Counted from the first letter of the stretch, positions 1 to 9,609 are shown. The stretch: DNA of 64,000 nt from an uncultured Acidobacteriota bacterium (GCA_963837345.1 CAWIMX010000001.1:3086959-3150958); one strand, 5' to 3'. Numbers and translations: made by a program. The notes: generated from the sequence alone by a model not told the origin.

Positions 1-152
1 AGCAGGTTCAGCGTCAGCGCCACGCGAATCTCCCGCGGGCCGGTGACGGTCAATGCCGACTCGCTTCGGCCGAGATCGTGGGCACCGACCGGGGCCGCCA
101 AGCAGCCGATCGCGCCCAGCGCGAGCGCACTCCTCGACATGCGGCCGGGCAT
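1..152 (-). CDS. exported hypothetical protein, N-terminal fragment (gene runs off the left edge)
   Basis: Reverse-strand reading from ATG at 152 (or 140) gives M(PGRM)SRSALALGAIGCLAAPVGAHDLGRSESALTVTGPREIRVALTLNLL, a signal-peptide-like start that stays open to position 1. It is absent from the ORF track because it has no stop in the window. Confidence 0.35.
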   Translation of the reverse strand, partial: MPGRMSRSALALGAIGCLAAPVGAHDLGRSESALTVTGPREIRVALTLNL

Positions 153-235
153 CGCGGCCACGGTACCAGACTCCGGCGGGGGTGCGGCTGAGAAATCGTC
201 TGGCCACCTCGACGAAACGGCGCTAGCATGCGCCG

Positions 236-1309
236 ATGACCGTTCCGAACGCCGCTTCCGATCCGCCGCCGTCGCGCCGCGAGTGCCTCACGGCGCTTCT
301 CGCGCTCACGGCCGTGCCCCGGCTCGCCGCCGCGGCCGACCCGGGCGTTGTCGCCACCACGCTCGGCGGCAAGCCGATGCGCGGCGCCTTCATGATTCTC
401 CATACGCCGTTTACCGAAGCCGGCGCCGTGGATTGGGACGATCTGGCTCGCGAAGCGCAGTTCGTCGATCGCGCTGGCGCGCACGGCGTCGTCTGGCCGC
501 AGGGTTCGAGCGGTCTGGCGACCCTGACGCGCGCCGAGCGACTCAAGGGCATGGAGGTCCTGGCCGAGGCGATGCGTGGGCGACGCGCCGTGCTCGCGCT
601 CGGGGTGCAGGGGGCGACGACCGAGGAGATGCGCGGGTACGCCGAGCGGGCCGAGGCGCTCGAGACCGACGCGATGATCGCGATGCCGCCGCGCGGGGGG
701 GCCGGAGTGGCCGACTACCGGGAGTACTTCCGCGCGCTCGGCCGGGCGACCGGGCGCCCGGTGATCGTCCAGACGTCGGGTGGCGCGCCCGATCTCGCGC
801 CGCCCGTCGATCTGATCATCGAGCTCGCGCGAGAGTTTCCCCATCTCGGGCACGTGAAAGAGGAGTCGGAGCCGCTCGCCGGGCGGATGCGCGCCGAAGT
901 GGCCGCGCGCCCTCCGCTTCGCGCCGTGTTCGGCGCCAACCTGGGCGAGTGGTGGCTGTATCAGATGCGGCTGGGGGCCGACGGCGTGATCACGGGCAAC
1001 GCGATGTACGCCGATCTGATGGCGCGCCTCTGGGCCTTCCACGAAAGCGGGGATGCCCGGCAGCTGCGCGACGCGTACGCGGCGTTCCTCCTGATGCGGA
1101 ACATCAGCCGCGAGGTCGCCGGCGCGGAGCTCTACGTGATGAAGAAGCGCGGGATTTTCAAGACGACCGCGGTCCGCGCGGCTCGACCGGAGGGCGACGG
1201 CCTGGCGAAGGCGGCCCGGGTGCGGGCGCAGGCCCTTTCGGCCGAAGAGATCCAGGAGGTCGAATATCGTCTGGAGGCCTTGGCGCCGTATCTGACGGCC
1301 GGACGCTGA
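236..1309 (+). CDS. dihydrodipicolinate synthase (DapA) family class I aldolase-like protein with Tat-type signal
   Basis: 357-aa ORF. N-terminus is SRRECLTALLALTAVPRLAAAA (twin-Arg, hydrophobic core, AxA). The body resembles DapA-family TIM barrels (GSSGLATLTRAER region). TAGCAT lies 6 nt upstream of the ATG. Confidence 0.7.
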   Translation: MTVPNAASDPPPSRRECLTALLALTAVPRLAAAADPGVVATTLGGKPMRGAFMILHTPFTEAGAVDWDDLAREAQFVDRAGAHGVVWPQGSSGLATLTRAERLKGMEVLAEAMRGRRAVLALGVQGATTEEMRGYAERAEALETDAMIAMPPRGGAGVADYREYFRALGRATGRPVIVQTSGGAPDLAPPVDLIIELAREFPHLGHVKEESEPLAGRMRAEVAARPPLRAVFGANLGEWWLYQMRLGADGVITGNAMYADLMARLWAFHESGDARQLRDAYAAFLLMRNISREVAGAELYVMKKRGIFKTTAVRAARPEGDGLAKAARVRAQALSAEEIQEVEYRLEALAPYLTAGR

Positions 1310-1528
1310 GCGGAGGTTTCGACGTTCTTTCGTGAGTGTCCAGGAGCCGCCCCGCTGTCTCCGACTGTGTACGCGTTCGTACCCGAAAGTTCTCTGGACA
1401 GTATGAATTAGGCCGTGTTAGGGTTTCGGCAGGCTAACGGGGTCTTCTGTGGCCGAGCGGCGGTCGAGTGCCTTCGGTGCAGCGTTCCTCGGGGGCAGGG
1501 AACAACCTTTCTTCGAAGGAGTGCCGAG

Positions 1529-2887
1529 ATGAGCACGACGTGGAGACATTTCGGTGTGCTGGGCCTCGTTCTCGCCGTAGGCGCCGCCGCACCGAGCGTT
1601 GCGTCGGCGGCCGACGCAACGAGCACACCAACGTTCACCAAAGACATCGCACCGATCCTCCAGCAGAAGTGCGAAGCCTGCCATCGGCCGGACTCGATTG
1701 CCCCGATGTCGCTTCGGACCTATGAGGAAGCGCGTCCGTGGATCCGCTCGATTCGCGCGCGCGTCGCCGATCGCAACATGCCACCCTGGAGCATCAGCAA
1801 GGCCGTGGGCATCCAGGAATTCAAGAACGACCGGTCGCTGAGCGACGATCAGATCGCGACGATCCTTGCGTGGATCGACGGCGGCGCGCCGAAGGGCGAC
1901 GCGAAGGACATGCCGGCGCCTGTGCAGTGGCCGACGGGCCAGGGCTGGTACTACGCGTCGATGTTCGGCCAGAGCGAGCCCGACCTGATCATCCAGTCCA
2001 CGCCGTGGACGCAGAAGGCCGGCGCGAACGACACCTGGTGGCGGCCGGTCGTCGAGACCGGGATCACCGAACCGCGGTGGGTGCGCGCCATCGAGATCCG
2101 GCCCCACACCGTGAAGGGTCGCAAGATCACCCACCACGCCATCGCGCGTCTGGAACAGGACGAGGACAACCCGCTGTTCGCGGTGAGCGACGATCCGGAT
2201 CTGGCCGCCCAGGGCGGCACGTTCATGGAATGGGCGGTGGGCAAGCAGGGCGAGTTGATGCGTCCTGACAGCGGCAAGCTGATGATGCCCGGCTCGCGCA
2301 TCCATTGGGACATCCACTACCACGGCGTCGAGGAAGACATCACCGACTACGTCGAGCTCGGCATCTACTTCTACCCGAAGGGCCAGGAGCCGAAGTACCG
2401 CCAGGTGCTGCACCTGATGGGCGCGACCAATGCGGGCGGCGTGGACATTCCGCCGAACACGGTCAAGGCCACCCAGGGCTTCTTCGTGCTGAAGGAGAAC
2501 GCGCGCGTGGAGAGCTTCCAGCCGCACATGCACCTTCGCGGCAAGGCGATGGAGATGGACGCGATTCTGCCGAGCGGCCAGATCCAGGTGCTGAGCTACG
2601 TCGGCCAGTTCGACTTCAACTGGATGACGAGCTACTTCTACGCAGACGATGCGGCTCCGCTCTTCCCGAAGGGCACGATCCTCCGGATCACGGGCTGGCA
2701 CGACAACACCGCCGCGAACAAGAACAACCCGGATCCGAACGTCTGGGTTGGCTACGGCGACCGCACCGTCGACGAGATGGCGCACGCGTGGGTGAACGTC
2801 ACCTACATGAGCGACGACGACTACAAGGCCGAGGTCGAGGCGCGCAAGACGCGTCTGGCCGAGAAGAGCCAGCAGCAACAGCAGTAA
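1529..2887 (+). CDS. secreted haem-c (CxxCH) domain fused to a PHM/DBH-like two-copper monooxygenase fold
   Basis: ATG 1529 is preceded by GGAG (the track ORF starts upstream at 1415). Signal peptide LGLVLAVGAAAPSVASA. DIAPILQQKCEACH haem-c motif. Ligand-like pattern KITHHA, WDIHYHG, QPHMHLRGK, VDEMAH is colinear with the CuH/CuM sites of peptidylglycine alpha-hydroxylating monooxygenase. Confidence 0.8.
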   Translation: MSTTWRHFGVLGLVLAVGAAAPSVASAADATSTPTFTKDIAPILQQKCEACHRPDSIAPMSLRTYEEARPWIRSIRARVADRNMPPWSISKAVGIQEFKNDRSLSDDQIATILAWIDGGAPKGDAKDMPAPVQWPTGQGWYYASMFGQSEPDLIIQSTPWTQKAGANDTWWRPVVETGITEPRWVRAIEIRPHTVKGRKITHHAIARLEQDEDNPLFAVSDDPDLAAQGGTFMEWAVGKQGELMRPDSGKLMMPGSRIHWDIHYHGVEEDITDYVELGIYFYPKGQEPKYRQVLHLMGATNAGGVDIPPNTVKATQGFFVLKENARVESFQPHMHLRGKAMEMDAILPSGQIQVLSYVGQFDFNWMTSYFYADDAAPLFPKGTILRITGWHDNTAANKNNPDPNVWVGYGDRTVDEMAHAWVNVTYMSDDDYKAEVEARKTRLAEKSQQQQQ

Positions 2888-2928
2888 CGTCTGGTCGGCC
2901 GACCTCGTACTTCGAAGCAAGGTTCCAA

Positions 2929-2955
2929 GGCGCCACCGGCACGGCCGGTGGCGCC
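2929..2955 (+). terminator. 12-bp perfect GC hairpin between the two co-oriented genes (attenuator, partial terminator or processing site)
   Basis: GGCGCCACCGGC-ACG-GCCGGTGGCGCC followed by TCCCTTTC. An AGGAG RBS for the next gene follows. Confidence 0.4.
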
Positions 2956-2984
2956 TCCCTTTCGATCAGGAGCGAATTCTCATC

Positions 2985-3950
2985 ATGCATGTCAATCGGT
3001 CCGCGGTTGCGGCGCTCGCCGCAATCGTCGTAGCCGGCTGGATTGCCGTGGGTGCGGGCCAGCAGACGCCGCCGACCGGCATCCTGCCGGGGCCCTACCT
3101 CGCCAGTGGCGAGGCGATCTATCCGGCCTTCGAAGGCTGGGGTCCGTTGAAGAACGGGGCCAACGTCGCACTCATCGGCTATTACAACCGCAACAAGGAT
3201 CAAGAGCTCGATATCCCGATCGGCCCGAACAACCATTTCGAACCGACCGCCGACATGGGGCAGCCCACGCACTTTCTCACGGGCCGGCAGTGGGGCGTCT
3301 TCGCCCTTCCGCTGCCGAAGGATTCCACCAACGATCGCCTGACCTGGACGCTGGTCGCCAACGGCCAGACCGCCAAGGTGACCTTCTGGGCCAATCCGCC
3401 CTACTGGGTCGACTTCTTCAAGTTCGCCGCGACCGGAAACACGCCGCCGACGATCCGCTTCGAAGCAACCGCGGAGGGCCAGGCCGGCCCGTGGCCGGAG
3501 CCCGTCGCCAAGACGTTCAACGTCGCGGTGAACCAGCCGCTCGATCTCGAAGTGTTCGTGAGCGACCTGGGGGCCACCTACGATCCGTATGAGGGACTCG
3601 GCGGAGCCGCGGTGGCCAACGCCGACCGCGGGCGGGCCGGGCGCGGCGCCGCCGCCGCTGGTCGCGGTCGGGGCCGTGGCGGGCCCCCCGCAGACGTGAC
3701 GTTCGAATGGTCGAAATACCGCGGCCCCGGTTGGGTCTCGATCGACGACCCCACGCTCGAGCTCCGCAAGAAGCGCGAGGCGGGCAAGGTCGTCGACGAG
3801 AACGAGGTCATGCAGGCCAAGACCGAGGCGTGGTTCGACACGGCCGGCGAGTACTGGCTCATGGGCCAGGCCAAGGACGATTCGAGCACGCGCGGCGGCG
3901 GCGACCAGTGCTGCTGGTCGACCACGCACGTCAAGGTGAATGTGAAGTGA
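2985..3950 (+). CDS. secreted hypothetical protein with internal Arg/Gly-rich linker
   Basis: 321-aa ORF with AGGAG RBS. Signal peptide AALAAIVVAGWIAVGAGQQ. Low-complexity DRGRAGRGAAAAGRGRGRGG segment. C-terminal GGGDQCCWSTTH. Directly downstream of the haem/Cu protein. Confidence 0.75.
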   Translation: MHVNRSAVAALAAIVVAGWIAVGAGQQTPPTGILPGPYLASGEAIYPAFEGWGPLKNGANVALIGYYNRNKDQELDIPIGPNNHFEPTADMGQPTHFLTGRQWGVFALPLPKDSTNDRLTWTLVANGQTAKVTFWANPPYWVDFFKFAATGNTPPTIRFEATAEGQAGPWPEPVAKTFNVAVNQPLDLEVFVSDLGATYDPYEGLGGAAVANADRGRAGRGAAAAGRGRGRGGPPADVTFEWSKYRGPGWVSIDDPTLELRKKREAGKVVDENEVMQAKTEAWFDTAGEYWLMGQAKDDSSTRGGGDQCCWSTTHVKVNVK

Positions 3951-3992
3951 CGTCCTCAGGAAACTGAGGCACTCGGAGACTGACGAAACGGG

Positions 3993-4018
3993 GCGGGCCT
4001 TCGGGCCCGCTTTTTTTT
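3993..4018 (+). terminator. intrinsic terminator
   Basis: GCGGGCC-TTCG-GGCCCGC stem with a UUCG-type tetraloop followed by T8. It lies 43 nt after the stop of the 2985-3950 gene, and the T-run touches the stop codon of the convergent DAHP synthase gene. Confidence 0.85.
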
Positions 4019-5073
4019 CAGGCGCGCCGCTGCTGGGCGCCGGCGAGCAGCTCGAGGATCGGTTCGGTCTGCTCGAGCGACAGGCACGCGTCTGTGATGC
4101 TCTGGCCGTAGACCGCCGGTTGCCCGGGCACGTAGTCCTGCCGGCCTTCGACCAGGTGGCTTTCGAGCATGACGCCGAAGATCCGGGGCGAGCCCCCCGC
4201 GATCTGTCCCGCGAGATCGGCGGCCACTTCGATCTGGCGGAGGTGATCCTTCCGGCTGTTGCCATGTGAACAGTCCACCATCACCGCTTCGCGGAGCCCG
4301 CGGTGCGCGAGCCGCTCGCACACCTTGGCGACGTGCCCGGCGTCGTAGTTGGGCCCGGTCCGCGAGCCGCCCCTCAGAATCACGTGGCAGCTGTCGTTGC
4401 CCGACGTCTGGAAGATGGCCGAGACGCCCTGCTTGGTCACCGACGGAAACCAGTGGTGCGATCGGGCCGTGAGCACCGCGTCGATGGCCGCCTCGACTCC
4501 GCCGTCGGTCGTGTTCTTGAATCCCACCGGCATCGACAGGCCCGAGGCCAGCTCGCGGTGCACCTGGCTTTCGGTCGTTCGGGCGCCGATGGCGACCCAC
4601 GACGTCAGGTCGGCGATGTGCTGCGGCACCTGCGTGTCCAGGAACTCCGACGCGGTCGGCAGGCCCATCTCGTTCACGTCGACCAGCAGGCGCCGGGCGA
4701 GGCGCAGTCCCTTGTTGATGTGAAAGCTCTCGTCGAGGTCGGGATCGTTGATGAGGCCTTTCCAGCCGACCGAGGTCCGGGGCTTTTCGAAGTACGCGCG
4801 CATGACGACCACCAGGGCATTCGCGTAGCGGCGGGCGAGCGCGTTCAAACGGTTCGCGTATTCGAGCGCGGCCGTCGTGTCGTGGATCGAGCACGGTCCG
4901 GCCACGATCACGAGGCGGGGATCGCGTCCCGCCAGGATCTCCGTGATCGCCTGGCGCGCGTCGGCCACCACGTTCGAGGCCGATTCCGAGATCGGAATCT
5001 CCTCGAGCAGGATCGCCGGCGGGATCAGCGGTCGGACGTCCCGGATGCGAAGGTCGTCGGTCGGGCGGCGCAT
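4018..5073 (-). CDS. aroG: 3-deoxy-7-phosphoheptulonate (DAHP) synthase, class I (AroF/G/H type)
   Basis: 351-aa ORF. DLRIRDVRPLIPPAILLEE...RLVIVAGPCSIHD...KPRTSVGWKGLINDP are typical of class I DAHP synthases. TATACT -10-like box and GAGG RBS lie upstream on the minus strand (5091-5096). Confidence 0.92.
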   Translation of the reverse strand: MRRPTDDLRIRDVRPLIPPAILLEEIPISESASNVVADARQAITEILAGRDPRLVIVAGPCSIHDTTAALEYANRLNALARRYANALVVVMRAYFEKPRTSVGWKGLINDPDLDESFHINKGLRLARRLLVDVNEMGLPTASEFLDTQVPQHIADLTSWVAIGARTTESQVHRELASGLSMPVGFKNTTDGGVEAAIDAVLTARSHHWFPSVTKQGVSAIFQTSGNDSCHVILRGGSRTGPNYDAGHVAKVCERLAHRGLREAVMVDCSHGNSRKDHLRQIEVAADLAGQIAGGSPRIFGVMLESHLVEGRQDYVPGQPAVYGQSITDACLSLEQTEPILELLAGAQQRRA

Positions 5074-5128
5074 GCTGTCTCGAAACCTCTAGTATAGCGG
5101 GGTTCGAGACGACGGCGGCCCGACGCGC

Positions 5129-6760
5129 CTAGGGGATCGCGAACGCCGTCAGGTTCGTGCCGGCCGGCACGAGCACGATCTGCTTTCCGTCCAGCATATA
5201 GGTGACGGGCGACGTTCCGTGCAGGTTCGACCCGAGCTGATAGTGGTACAACATCCGCCCGGTCCGCGAGTCGAGGGCGTAGAAGTTCCCTTGGGCGTCG
5301 CCCGAGAAGACCAGGCCCGAGGCAGTGGTCAGGACGCCCGACCACGACGGCGACGGGTACGTGAATTCCCAGCGCCGCTCTCCCGTCCGGGGATCGATGG
5401 CGCGCAGCGCGCCCCAGGGCTCGTCGCTGCCCGGCGCCCGCGCCGTGGCGCCGCCCGTGAAGCTGTCGCCGGGATTGTAGTCGGGCGCCCACGCGAAGAA
5501 CGTGGCGCACGTTTCACGGGCCGTCACGAAGAACAACTGGAGGTCGGGGTCGTAGGACGGCGGCATGAAATTCGTCCCGCCGACGAGATCGGGGCAGGTG
5601 ATCGATCCCTTCTCGTCGGGCGTATGTCCCGGCAGGGTCACGGGCCGTCCGTCCGCGCCCACGTCCTTGGCCCATGTGGTCTCGACGAACGGCTTCGCCA
5701 CGATCGGACGGCCCGTCGTGCGATCGAGCGTGTAGAAGAAGCCGTTCCGGTTCGCCACCATCACGACCTTGCGCGGCTGGCCGTCGATGGTGAGGTCGGC
5801 CAGCACGGGCACGTGCGTCGAGTCCCAGTCGTGGACGTCGTGCGGCGTGAACTGATAGTGCCACTTGAGCGCGCCCGTGTCGGCGTCGAGCGCCACGAGC
5901 GAGGTGGCATAGAGGTTGTCGCCCTCGCGGCTGGCCGAATGGTAGTCGGGGCTGGGGTTGCCGGTGCCGTAGAACACCAGGTTCTGGTCGGGATCGTAGG
6001 TGCCCGTCGTCCAGACGGAGGCACCGCCGCGCTGCCAGGAATCGCCGGTCCAGGTGTCGCTGCCCGGTTCCCCGGGACCGGGCACGGTATAGAAGCGCCA
6101 TGCGCGCGTGCCGGTTTCCGCCTCGTACGCGTCGATGAACCCGCGAATGCCGTATTCGCCGCCGGCCACGCCGACGATCACTTTGTCTTTCACGACCAGG
6201 GGTGCGATGGTGGACGCGTAGCCCTTCTGGTAGTCCTCGAGGACCGTATCCCAGACGACATCACCGGTGCGCATGTCGAGCGCGAGCAGGTGCGCGTCGA
6301 GCGTCGTCATGAAGAGCTTGTCGCCGAGGGCGCCGAAACCCCTGTTGACGAGCCCGCAGCAGGCCGTGAGGCCGCGGGCCGGCAGCTCGCGCCGGTAGCG
6401 CCAGATCGGGCGCCCGGTGCGCGCGTCGAGCGCGAACGCGACGTTCTGCGGGCCGGTGACGTACAGCACGTTGTCGAGCACGAGTGTCGTGGTCTCGAAC
6501 CGTCCGAGCGTGTCGGTCTGGAAGGTCCACAGAGGCGTCAGCCGCCCGACGTTGTCCGGGGTGATCTGCGTGAGCGGGCTGTGGCGGTGGCCATCGTAGC
6601 TGCCGGCGAACATCAGCCACTTGCCGGGGTCCGCCAGCCCATTCATCAGGTCCTGGCTGTTCACGGTCGGCGCGCGCTGGGCGAGCAGCGGCGCGGCGGC
6701 GAGCGCCGCGAGGGCCGCGCCAAGCAGAAGTCTTCGCCGGGACGGTGCCTGCATCGTCAT
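5129..6760 (-). CDS. PQQ-dependent dehydrogenase (quinoprotein alcohol dehydrogenase family)
   Basis: 543-aa ORF. Tat/Sec-like signal RRRLLLGAALAALAAAPLLAQ. Vicinal Cys pair LTACCGLVNRG is characteristic of PQQ alcohol/methanol dehydrogenases. Repeated W-containing beta-propeller blades. Confidence 0.88.
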   Translation of the reverse strand: MTMQAPSRRRLLLGAALAALAAAPLLAQRAPTVNSQDLMNGLADPGKWLMFAGSYDGHRHSPLTQITPDNVGRLTPLWTFQTDTLGRFETTTLVLDNVLYVTGPQNVAFALDARTGRPIWRYRRELPARGLTACCGLVNRGFGALGDKLFMTTLDAHLLALDMRTGDVVWDTVLEDYQKGYASTIAPLVVKDKVIVGVAGGEYGIRGFIDAYEAETGTRAWRFYTVPGPGEPGSDTWTGDSWQRGGASVWTTGTYDPDQNLVFYGTGNPSPDYHSASREGDNLYATSLVALDADTGALKWHYQFTPHDVHDWDSTHVPVLADLTIDGQPRKVVMVANRNGFFYTLDRTTGRPIVAKPFVETTWAKDVGADGRPVTLPGHTPDEKGSITCPDLVGGTNFMPPSYDPDLQLFFVTARETCATFFAWAPDYNPGDSFTGGATARAPGSDEPWGALRAIDPRTGERRWEFTYPSPSWSGVLTTASGLVFSGDAQGNFYALDSRTGRMLYHYQLGSNLHGTSPVTYMLDGKQIVLVPAGTNLTAFAIP

Positions 6761-6790
6761 CTCCTGTGGCGACTGCCGCGCGTCGCCGGT

Positions 6791-7603
6791 TTACTGCGCG
6801 CCCCGGAGCGTGCCCAGGTACTGCAACAGGTCGTTGAGGTCGGCTTCGCTGAGGCGGTCGGGTCCGTACGCCGGCATGGCCGATCGCGCGCCGTCGGTGA
6901 CTGCGCGCAGGTCGTCTTTGAGGTAGCCCTGAATACGCTCGCCCGTATCCATGATCTGCACCGAGAACAGATCCTCGTTCTTCTTCACGCCGCGTACGGC
7001 TCGGCCATCGGGCAGGGTGAGCGTGACGGGCTCGTAGCCCGCTCGCGGCTCTTCGTTGGCGCCGCGGATCTGGCGGACGAGCGCCGCACGCGCCCTCGCG
7101 GCGCCGATCCGCGACAAATCGGGTCCCAGGCGGCCTCCACGGCCGTTCACGCGATGGCAGCTGGCACATTGCGTGCGGAAGAGGCGCTCGCCGTTGGCCG
7201 CGTCGCCCGTCGGCGCGGCGGCGGGGGCCACGTTGAGCGTTCTCAGATACGCGAGGATCCGCCACACGTCGTCGTCGTGAACGCGCACGCCGGCGGCCGG
7301 CATCTCCGTGCCGGGAATGCCCGATCGAATCGTCTGGAACAATCCAGCATCGGTGCGGCCGCTCGCCCACACCGCCGTGAGATCCGGGCCGCGGACGCCT
7401 GTGGCGTCCATGCCATGGCAGTTGGCGCAGCGCGCCCGGAACAGACCCTGGCCGTTGCGAATGGCGTCGGGATTGCCGGCCAGCGGATTCTGCGGAGCGC
7501 CGGTCTGCGGTGCGGCGGCCAGGGAGACGCCGACGAGGACGCCGAGCGCCGCGGCGAGGGCGGGTCTCTTGACAGGCATGGCCGCCTCCTGGTGGAGCGC
7601 CAA
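6791..7603 (-). CDS. dihaem c-type cytochrome (likely electron acceptor of the PQQ dehydrogenase)
   Basis: 270-aa ORF with a signal peptide. Two CxxCH motifs (CANCHG, CASCHR). Lies immediately upstream of, and co-oriented with, the PQQ enzyme. Confidence 0.88.
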   Translation of the reverse strand: MALHQEAAMPVKRPALAAALGVLVGVSLAAAPQTGAPQNPLAGNPDAIRNGQGLFRARCANCHGMDATGVRGPDLTAVWASGRTDAGLFQTIRSGIPGTEMPAAGVRVHDDDVWRILAYLRTLNVAPAAAPTGDAANGERLFRTQCASCHRVNGRGGRLGPDLSRIGAARARAALVRQIRGANEEPRAGYEPVTLTLPDGRAVRGVKKNEDLFSVQIMDTGERIQGYLKDDLRAVTDGARSAMPAYGPDRLSEADLNDLLQYLGTLRGAQ

Positions 7604-7652
7604 TTATAGGCGCAGCCGTGCGCGCGAAGGCAATTTGTTAGACTGCAGGGCC

Positions 7653-8786
7653 ATGGCGCCCCTCGACGGCATGAAGGTCATCGATCTCACGCGAGTGCTC
7701 GCCGGTCCGTTCTGCACGATGATGCTCGGCGACATGGGTGCCGAGGTCGTGAAGATCGAGGAGCCGGTGCACGGCGACGATACGCGCGGCTGGGCGCCGT
7801 TCGTCGATGGATGGAGCAGTTACTTTCTGGGCGTGAACCGCAGCAAGAAAAGCGTGGCGCTCGATCTCAAGACGATCGCCGGGGCCGAGGCGCTGCGCGC
7901 ACTCCTCGATTCGGCCGACGTCCTGATCGAGAATTTCCGTCCGGGCAGTCTCAAGGCGCTCGGTTTCGGCCCCGCCGACGTGCTGGCCGAGTATCCGCGC
8001 CTGGTGTACTGCTCGATCAGCGGCTACGGCCAGAACGGGCCGCGCGCCCATCTGCCCGGCTACGACGTGGTCATCCAGGGCGAGGCCGGGCTGATGGACG
8101 TGACTGGCTTTCCCGACGGCGAGCCGACGCGCGTCGGCATCGCCATCACCGACTACCTCGCGGGGCACTACGCGATGCAGGGCATTCTGCTCGCGCTGCT
8201 CGAGCGCGAGCAGAGCGGGCTGGGACAACACGTGGATATCGCGCTCTTCGACTCGATGCTGTCGGTGATGCACCTGCCGGTGGGCATCCTGCTCGCGACG
8301 GGCACGTCGCCCGGGCGGCGCGGCAACGATCATCCGTCGATTGCGCCGTACGAGACGCTTCACGCGCGGGACGGCCGCATCATTGTCGCCGTGGCGAATC
8401 CACGGCTGTGGACCCAGTTTCTCGACGCGATCGGGCGTCCCGATCTCGCCGACGATGCGCGTTTCCGGACGAACAGCGATCGCCTGGCGCATCGCGCCGA
8501 GTTGAAGGCCGAGCTCGAACGGACCTTCGCGACGATGTGTGTGGACGAGCTCGTCGCGCGGCTCGAGGCTCGGCAGGTGCCATGCGGCCGCGTGCGGACG
8601 GTTGAAGACGCGCTCGCCGATCCGCAGGTGGCGGCGCGCGATATGATGCTCGTGCAGGCGCACGACACGCTCGGCGAGGTGCGCATGCTGGGAAATCCGG
8701 TGAAACTGTCGCGGACGCCGGCGACGCCGAAACGGCCGCCACCCGCGCTCGGCGAGCATACGCGCGAGATTCTGGACGCGCTCTGA
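7653..8786 (+). CDS. CaiB/BaiF family (class III) CoA-transferase
   Basis: Start taken at MAPLDGMKVIDLTRVLAGPFCTMMLGDMGAEVVKIEEP (the track ORF starts at 7308 inside the divergent cytochrome gene). TAGACT lies 8 nt upstream of the ATG. Confidence 0.9.
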   Translation: MAPLDGMKVIDLTRVLAGPFCTMMLGDMGAEVVKIEEPVHGDDTRGWAPFVDGWSSYFLGVNRSKKSVALDLKTIAGAEALRALLDSADVLIENFRPGSLKALGFGPADVLAEYPRLVYCSISGYGQNGPRAHLPGYDVVIQGEAGLMDVTGFPDGEPTRVGIAITDYLAGHYAMQGILLALLEREQSGLGQHVDIALFDSMLSVMHLPVGILLATGTSPGRRGNDHPSIAPYETLHARDGRIIVAVANPRLWTQFLDAIGRPDLADDARFRTNSDRLAHRAELKAELERTFATMCVDELVARLEARQVPCGRVRTVEDALADPQVAARDMMLVQAHDTLGEVRMLGNPVKLSRTPATPKRPPPALGEHTREILDAL

Positions 8787-8799
8787 CCCATAGGGGAAG

Positions 8800-9609
8800 A
8801 TGGCGACGCCCTTTCGACACGGACTGCTGGCGGGCCGCGCGGCCCTCGTCACCGGCGGCGGCACCGGCATCGGCCGCGGTCTGGCCCTGGCGCTGGCGGA
8901 CGCCGGCTGCGACGTCGCCATCACGAGCCGATCGATCGATCACCTCGCGCCCACGGCCGACGAGATCCGGGCGGCCGGCGTCCGGGCCCACGCGGTGGCC
9001 GGCGACGTGCGGCGGCCGGCCGACGTCGACCGCGTCGTGGGCGAAGCCGCCCAGGCCCTGGGGCGGCTCGACATCCTGATCAACGGCGCCGCCGGCAATT
9101 TCATCTGCCTGGCCGAGCATCTCTCGCCGAACGGCTTCGGCACGGTCGTGGACATCGATCTGAAGGGCACGTTCAACGTCTCGAGGGCGGCGCTCGCGCA
9201 TCTCAAGGCCCAGGGAGGCGTCGTCCTCAACATCAGCGCGACCCTGCATTACCTGGGCACGATGGCGCAGGCGCACGTTTCGGCCGCCAAGGCGGGCATC
9301 GACGCGCTGACGCGCGTGCTGGCCGTCGAATGGGGCGGATACGGCATTCGCGTGAACGGGATTGCGCCCGGCCCCACCGACGGCACCGAGGGCGTGCGCC
9401 GGCTCACGAGCGACGAGACCCGGAATGCCATCGTGCACCAGTGTCCGCTCGGCCGCCTGACCACGATCGAGGACCTCGCCAACGCCACGCTCTTCCTGTG
9501 CTCGGACGCGGGCTCGTTCATCACCGGCGTCACGCTGGTGGTGGACGGCGGCTTGTGGCTGCGTTCGGGGCGGATCCTGGAAGCCGCGAGCGAGCGGGCG
9601 TCGTCATGA
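8800..9609 (+). CDS. SDR family oxidoreductase
   Basis: 269 aa. VTGGGTGIGRGLALALADAG Rossmann motif and typical SDR layout. Confidence 0.9.
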   Translation: MATPFRHGLLAGRAALVTGGGTGIGRGLALALADAGCDVAITSRSIDHLAPTADEIRAAGVRAHAVAGDVRRPADVDRVVGEAAQALGRLDILINGAAGNFICLAEHLSPNGFGTVVDIDLKGTFNVSRAALAHLKAQGGVVLNISATLHYLGTMAQAHVSAAKAGIDALTRVLAVEWGGYGIRVNGIAPGPTDGTEGVRRLTSDETRNAIVHQCPLGRLTTIEDLANATLFLCSDAGSFITGVTLVVDGGLWLRSGRILEAASERASS

